A DNA stretch of 63,953 nucleotides, the filler included, from Stramenopiles sp. TOSAG23-6 (lineage: Eukaryota): NCBI GenBank assembly GCA_900128565.1. It is 9 parts of 9 records of this genome, joined end to end, with 100 filler letters (N's around TTAATTAATTAA, not from the genome) between each part and the next. Parts side by side here need not be neighbours in the genome. Positions count along the whole stretch, not along the records: positions 52,858 to 61,555 come from LT636423.1; positions 61,656 to 62,754 come from LT639727.1; positions 62,855 to 63,953 come from LT639728.1; 6 more parts are not named here. The stretch is one strand, 5' to 3'. Positions 58,215 through 63,953 of this stretch are shown here, in pieces. The notes under the pieces are model-generated. The model was not told the origin of the DNA. It was given only the letters and a program-made list of their open reading frames with translations, and made no database searches. Numbering within the stretch: position 1 is the first letter of the stretch; every line of letters starts with the position of its first letter. The position numbers were made by a program, and so were the translations under genes.

Positions 58215-60737
58215 ATGACGAGTCTCCAAGGAACTGGACATCCAATAAATACAACACCAATGTTTCCTCCTTCTTCTTTAGCAACATCTACTCCTGAAGA
58301 TGAATCTTCTTCTCGTCTCTTGCGTCTGGTATTGGATGAAGAAGCCCCACTTGAGTCTAACGAACAGCGCAAACATCGCCAACTTGTTTTGGCTGAGTTG
58401 TTGAGAATAACACAAACATGGGTTTCATCAATAGCTCGCGAAAATGGTTTAGGCGAATTTGCGAACGAAGCAGGTGGGAAAATTTGTGTTTCTGGGAGTT
58501 TTCGTCTTGGAGTGAATAGCCCTGATGGTGACATCGACGCTATCTGTCTTGTTCCCAAATACATAAATCGAACGCATTTTTTTGATAGTTATTTAAAATT
58601 TTTAGAAAATGATCCAAATGCTACTGATATTGTCCCTATTGATCAAGCACGTATCCCTATAATAGGCTTGGTATATCGAGGAGTGGAGATTGATTTGCTT
58701 TTAGCTTCACTTCCAAGAAATACTGTTCCAACGGATCTGTCCATCGAGGATCCTTCTATCCTTCGTGGTCTTGACGAGCTCAGTGTCCGTGTATTAAACG
58801 GGCCTAGAGATACTGAAAGGTTGCGCAGGTTAGTACCACACTGGGAAAATTTCAAGATAGTGTTACGTTCAATTCGTCTCTGGTCAAAAAGGCGCTCAAT
58901 ATTTTCTAATAAAATGGGCTACTTGGGTGGCATTAACTGTGCAATACTTGCTGCTTTTGTATGTCAACAATTTCCAAACAAAAGTCCTTCACGTTTATTA
59001 CGATATTTCTTCAATTTATTTTCTAAATGGCAATGGCCAACACCACTCAATCTGTGTAAGCCTACGGACCATGAACTTGGTTTTGAGCAATGGGAAAGTA
59101 GTAATCCTTTAAATAGGCGACATTTAATGCCAATAATTACACCATGTTATCCTGTAATGAATAGTATGTATACGGCTAGTAAAAGTAGTATGCATGTTAT
59201 GGGAATGGAAATTGAACGATGTAATGATTTAACACAATCAATATTTGAAATGCGTGACGCTCTTATTGAAGTGAACAAAAATAAAAAAATAAATAAAAAA
59301 AATGATGAACAAAATAATAAAAAAATAAATGAACAAAATAATAAAAAAATAAATGAAAAAAATGATGAAAAAATAAATGAAAAAAATAATCAAGTCAATA
59401 GTAAAGAAGAAAAAGAACTTGAATTTAACGAAACTGAAGCTTGGCGGAACCTTTTTTCGACATATTGCTTCCCAGCTGAATTTGATCATTTTATTTGTAT
59501 AGAACTAGCAGCGAAGGATGAAAAATCATTTTTAAGTTGGCAAGGGTATTCTGAGTCGCAAATTCGCCATTTTATCGATGGAATGTCTTATATGCCATTG
59601 AAAGTTGTAAGACCTTTTCCTAAAAAATTCGATGGACCAGCATATTCTTCACAGTCTAATGTTAATAATGACTCTAACATTGGTGCTTCAGATAATCATG
59701 GTTCGAAAACATCTCATGTAACATCTGAGAATTCTAATGTTGATGGGTCGCCAAAAAACACTTCAGATTCTACTGTTGATGTGTCACCAAAAAATACTTC
59801 AGATGGTGGTTCGAATTCTACTGTTGCTGGGTCGCCAAAAAATACTTCAGATGGTGGTTCGAATTCTAATGTTGATGAGCCGCCAAAAAACGCTTCAGAT
59901 GGTTCTAATGCGATGTCTATGATTTGTTCTTGCTACTATTTGATAGGGTTTGTTATTGATAAGAAGAAATTTTTCGGTAAGCGTTTAGATTTAGTGAAAG
60001 CCACAGATGATTTTGTTAAACGTTTAAAAAGTGGTCCAGTATATAATGATGAGTTACACGAACTAAAACCACAATATTTATCATTCAAAAACTTACCAGT
60101 TTCATGTTTTAAGAGATTTGGTGGTAAAGATGAAGTGTTACAAAGACGAAAAGTGCGTAAAGCCCACGAAAAACGACTGAATAGTGCAGCACGTGTTGCA
60201 CGTGAATTGAATACCAAATTATTAAATTTCGATCATGATAACGATGTATCCGAAATTATGAGTGGTGAGAATAATGCATCATCTACTTTGGCAAATATCA
60301 TGAATGAACAAAACACAAATGGGGATATAAACATTTTAAATACAAAAGATAATGTTAGTAAGGGTAACAGTGAATCAAACTCACCTACTAAATCTAACAC
60401 AGTTTTGTCTGCTGCAATGTTGTTACAACAACAAAAAGCGAGACTTGCTGCAGGTCTGTCCAAGATTGAGTCAATGCGTGAATTGCAAGCTCGAATTGAT
60501 ATTGCTAAAGCAACAACACTTGCACAGGTCGAAGAATTGCATCGAAAGAATGAATGGCAACGTGTAAAATCGCAAACAGTTATGCGGATGGATGGAGAAA
60601 TTGGGGATTCGCTTTCCAACAAAAGTGAATTTGCATCACAGAATGAAACATCAAAGAAAAGAAAAGTTGTCGCTGGGAAAAACAAAAAAATAAAAAAAGG
60701 GAAAAAGAAGAAAATGAAACTAAGTTTAATTAAATGA
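58215..60737 (+). CDS. Canonical nuclear poly(A) polymerase
   Basis: GSFRLGVNSPDGDID, NGPRDT, SNKMGYLGGI, WQWPTP, MPIITPCYP. Confidence 0.93.
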   Translation: MTSLQGTGHPINTTPMFPPSSLATSTPEDESSSRLLRLVLDEEAPLESNEQRKHRQLVLAELLRITQTWVSSIARENGLGEFANEAGGKICVSGSFRLGVNSPDGDIDAICLVPKYINRTHFFDSYLKFLENDPNATDIVPIDQARIPIIGLVYRGVEIDLLLASLPRNTVPTDLSIEDPSILRGLDELSVRVLNGPRDTERLRRLVPHWENFKIVLRSIRLWSKRRSIFSNKMGYLGGINCAILAAFVCQQFPNKSPSRLLRYFFNLFSKWQWPTPLNLCKPTDHELGFEQWESSNPLNRRHLMPIITPCYPVMNSMYTASKSSMHVMGMEIERCNDLTQSIFEMRDALIEVNKNKKINKKNDEQNNKKINEQNNKKINEKNDEKINEKNNQVNSKEEKELEFNETEAWRNLFSTYCFPAEFDHFICIELAAKDEKSFLSWQGYSESQIRHFIDGMSYMPLKVVRPFPKKFDGPAYSSQSNVNNDSNIGASDNHGSKTSHVTSENSNVDGSPKNTSDSTVDVSPKNTSDGGSNSTVAGSPKNTSDGGSNSNVDEPPKNASDGSNAMSMICSCYYLIGFVIDKKKFFGKRLDLVKATDDFVKRLKSGPVYNDELHELKPQYLSFKNLPVSCFKRFGGKDEVLQRRKVRKAHEKRLNSAARVARELNTKLLNFDHDNDVSEIMSGENNASSTLANIMNEQNTNGDINILNTKDNVSKGNSESNSPTKSNTVLSAAMLLQQQKARLAAGLSKIESMRELQARIDIAKATTLAQVEELHRKNEWQRVKSQTVMRMDGEIGDSLSNKSEFASQNETSKKRKVVAGKNKKIKKGKKKKMKLSLIK

Positions 60738-61707
60738 GAAAGAAATAGTTGATTTTATGTATCCTCTACCGAATAAATTGAAATGTACCACTTTTTTTTT
60801 AGATGGAAAATTAGAAATATCAAATGGATTATCACTGTCGAAAGAAAAGATCATTGAAGAAATTTTTGTAGACATTTTGTTCAATTTGAGTCAAGAGATT
60901 GACTGTTGAAATCATTGAGGAAATCATTCTGACAAAATAATCATTGTTTTTTTATTGTGAATAAAAGATCTAACGATGTGTTATAATTATCTCTTTTGCA
61001 TTTTTCTGTATCTAGATTACAGCTTTTCTATTTTTCATATCTTTATTTATTTTTATACGTCTGTCAGTTAAGAATATCCACCGTCATAATACAACATAGA
61101 AAGGCCAGTGAAAGTGTACATGGAGACGTTGATTTTTATGATCTTTGTAAGCTGTAAAATATTATATTCTGTAAAATATTTAATATTATATTCCGTTCAG
61201 ATAAACCCTAACCCTAGTAAAAGTCTGTTCATCATTTGAAAAAAAAGGATTTGGATATTATGGTTTGGATTCGAAAGGGTTCGCGCGGAACGGATACGGA
61301 TACGGATACGGATACGAATTTGAATTTGTGCAAAATGGAAACCAGTATTTTGGAGAAAGGATTCATTATAATTTTAAACAATATTATACTGGTTCAAATC
61401 TAGTTTCACAGAAAATGGAGAGTTCAGATTATCTAATGCCAGTAGGTAATTGTGAAGGTAAGCAGAACTTAATAGAGTGTCTTATGGATGATGCAGACAG
61501 AGTACAATACACCAAAAAAATAAATTTTTAGAAAATATTCCTTTATACGCACTATNNNNNNNNNNNNNNNNNNNNNNNNNNNNNNNNNNNNNNNNNNNNT
61601 TAATTAATTAANNNNNNNNNNNNNNNNNNNNNNNNNNNNNNNNNNNNNNNNNNNNTACGAAATTTCGTACGAAAAAAAAACATCGAATTTGAAAAAAATA
61701 AAACGAA

Positions 61708-62302
61708 CATCATCATTAAGTGGATACCTACACGGTTTATCGGCCATTCCAGGAGGTAAAGCATCAGCAGCTTCCTGTAATATTGCCTCTGATGCTACAC
61801 GAAGGAAACCCTTATCGTGAACTTCAGCAAGACGTGCCCAAAAATGGGAATGTCGTCGAATGAATGCAAGCGCCAACGCTGTTGTCCATTTTGATTTACG
61901 ACAATCCTCTGGGCATTTAACTTTCCTTCCTCCTAGAGCTCGCCAAAAATCTGTGCTTTCTAGCCATTGGCCATTGGGTTTCTGAAGTCGAATTAATTCT
62001 TCTAGAGCCCATGGTAACGGTGTTGGAGGTCTTATTTTTGATTCTTTTGGTGTATACGACTCTACGAGAAACTTTACTTGAGTTTTTAAATCTTGGATGG
62101 ATGAAGACAAACCTGCTTTACGCGCTAAAACTGCTGGGCCTGACGTAACATATCCTCTATATATTGCATCGAATATTAATTTGTCCTCCTTCTTCTTTTT
62201 CCAACTCTTTAGACTAGGATTCCATCCTTTTTCTCTAGCTTCTAGTTCAAACCTCATGGCCTCCTGCTTGATGGCTTCTCTTTGCTCCTTCCAGTTGCGC
62301 AT
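61708..62302 (-). CDS. Hypothetical protein, 3' partial, resembling the C-terminal helical region of VIT/vWA proteins
   Basis: LEELIRLQKPNGQW and WTTALALAFI. A family intron starts at 61707. Confidence 0.5.
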
Positions 62303-63898
62303 CGTGGGTGTGGTATACTATTCTCTTAGACTTTACTATTTTATTATAACTAAAGAATAAAATTTGTATAGCATTACCATTGCATTTATATGTTGACTAA
62401 ATTAAATCGTCTCTTTCATTGATTTCAATATGTATTGATACTATTCGATAATGTGTAGTAGCTACTAGCAAGGCAAAAGAGGTTTTGATGTATATACCTT
62501 AGCTTACAGTTACAAACCCTAACCCTAATCCATTCATTTCTAGCCTACGTAATATACACAAAAAATTGACAAAAAATTCAAAAATACAAGAGACAAAAAC
62601 CATGATAACAAAAAAAAGTACAAGTAAAAGTGGAAATAACAGAAAAACAATGTTGGCTATACTGCATTATAAAGAGAACTTTTATTTATTTACTCTTTTC
62701 TTTGCTAATTGATTTTGTGCCAATTTTTGTACCTAACGAATTTGAACTTCGGTTNNNNNNNNNNNNNNNNNNNNNNNNNNNNNNNNNNNNNNNNNNNNTT
62801 AATTAATTAANNNNNNNNNNNNNNNNNNNNNNNNNNNNNNNNNNNNNNNNNNNNTTTTTTTTTTTTTTTTTAAAACAAAAAAAAAAACGATTTTTTTTTT
62901 TTTTTTTTTTTTTTTTTCATACGAAATTTTGTACCTAACAAATTTTTTTTTTATAGAAAATTTTTAAAATATTTTTCCAAAATACATCAGTAGTGTCTGA
63001 TGAAGTTGCAATGAAAATATCTTCTGTTTTATCCGAACAATGTAAAGCAACACGAAATAAACAAAATGTATATCCAGTACATAATATACAAATTGAAACG
63101 GCTTATGAAATCGTTCAAAGTTCCGTACAAAAATTATATACACAAATAAGTCGGCTTACATTGGACAAAAAAAACAAAAAAAACAAAAAAAACAAAAAAA
63201 ACTCATTACAATTCTTAGGTACAGAAATTCGTATGAAAAAAAATGAAAAAAATAATTTACTAAAAAAAATACTACAAAATATTTATATAATTAGAGCAGG
63301 TGTTTTGACTTTGCATTCATCTATTCAAATCAAGGAAGAAAAATTATTATTACAATATGCTCAAGCTCAAACTATTTTTGATTTTGATACAAAAATCGCA
63401 AAACAAAAAAGACAAACATTTAAGAAACTTTGCCGTACTCATCATCATTTTGATGATACAGATGTCCAATCATCGCCAACACAAATATATCAACAACAAT
63501 CTAATGCTGCATGTCAAGTTGCATCAATTTCAAAAATAGTCTTATATAAAATGAAAAATAAATTGTATCGAGAGAGACAGGTTTTGCATACTATGAAAGA
63601 CTATACTACAGAAATCGAGCATACTATAAACACTATTATAAAATATCTGCCAAATACAATGAAAACGTTTGAGAGCAAAGATAATGAGACCAAAGGTAAT
63701 CGTCATTATTTGTCGATGGGTAAAAAATTATCTATACAACACACAAAAATTATTGAAAATATTGAAGGAAAAGTAAATGACAAAAAAAACAAATATGATG
63801 ATAAAAATAACAACCAAAATAAAGAAATTGTATTTCATTATTTGGAAAATCTTGGCCTTGAACAAACCAAACAACTCCTACATAGAGTTTGCCTAGAC

Positions 63899-63953
63899 AT
63901 AAATACAAAAAATACAAAAAATACAAAAAATACAAAAAATACAAAAAATACAA
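63899..63953 (+). repeat. AAATACAAA 9-bp tandem repeat
   Basis: About 6 copies running to the window end. Confidence 0.8.

Noticed and set aside
61290-61316. (GGATAC)4 and the 88-aa ORF 61265-61531
   Set aside because: Short microsatellite; the ORF has no ATG start or recognisable motif.
8743-62853. TTAATTAATTAA motif recurring about every 8.8 kb
   Set aside because: Artificial scaffold spacer inside N runs, not biological periodicity.

Overview
AT-rich eukaryotic (protist-like) genomic DNA. It consists of about 8 unrelated contigs of about 8.7 kb joined by artificial N-TTAATTAATTAA-N spacers, so gene order across spacers is meaningless. It holds about 27 protein genes, among them a GT41/O-GlcNAc-transferase-like protein, RCC1+RasGAP, an ABCA transporter, Sel1+MYND, PPR, syntaxin-5, NADAR, an Mrp/HCF101-like ATPase, PAQR, regucalcin, histone H1, an Aurora-like kinase, Myb, riboflavin synthase, sarcosine dehydrogenase, a HEXIM-like protein and poly(A) polymerase. 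The dominant signal is one family of roughly 50 near-identical introns of about 90-160 nt (hand count). Their consensus is AT|GTAYGTTTT...TTCGTACGAAATTTTGTACCTAAC...GAAATATTTTTCCAAAATACAT|. Most end in AT rather than AG. Conserved protein motifs (Myb, sarcosine dehydrogenase, kinase, riboflavin synthase, RCC1, PAQR) are restored by GT-AT splicing, and in the cases checked no nearby AG gives the right frame. This points to an Introner-like invasion that uses a non-canonical 3' splice site. Also seen: a back-to-back intron pair with no exon between, about 20 dispersed telomeric (TTAGGG)2 motifs, a 3.3 kb satellite of about 104 bp unit, and several unusual domain fusions. All calls are by eye, with no database searches or RNA evidence.
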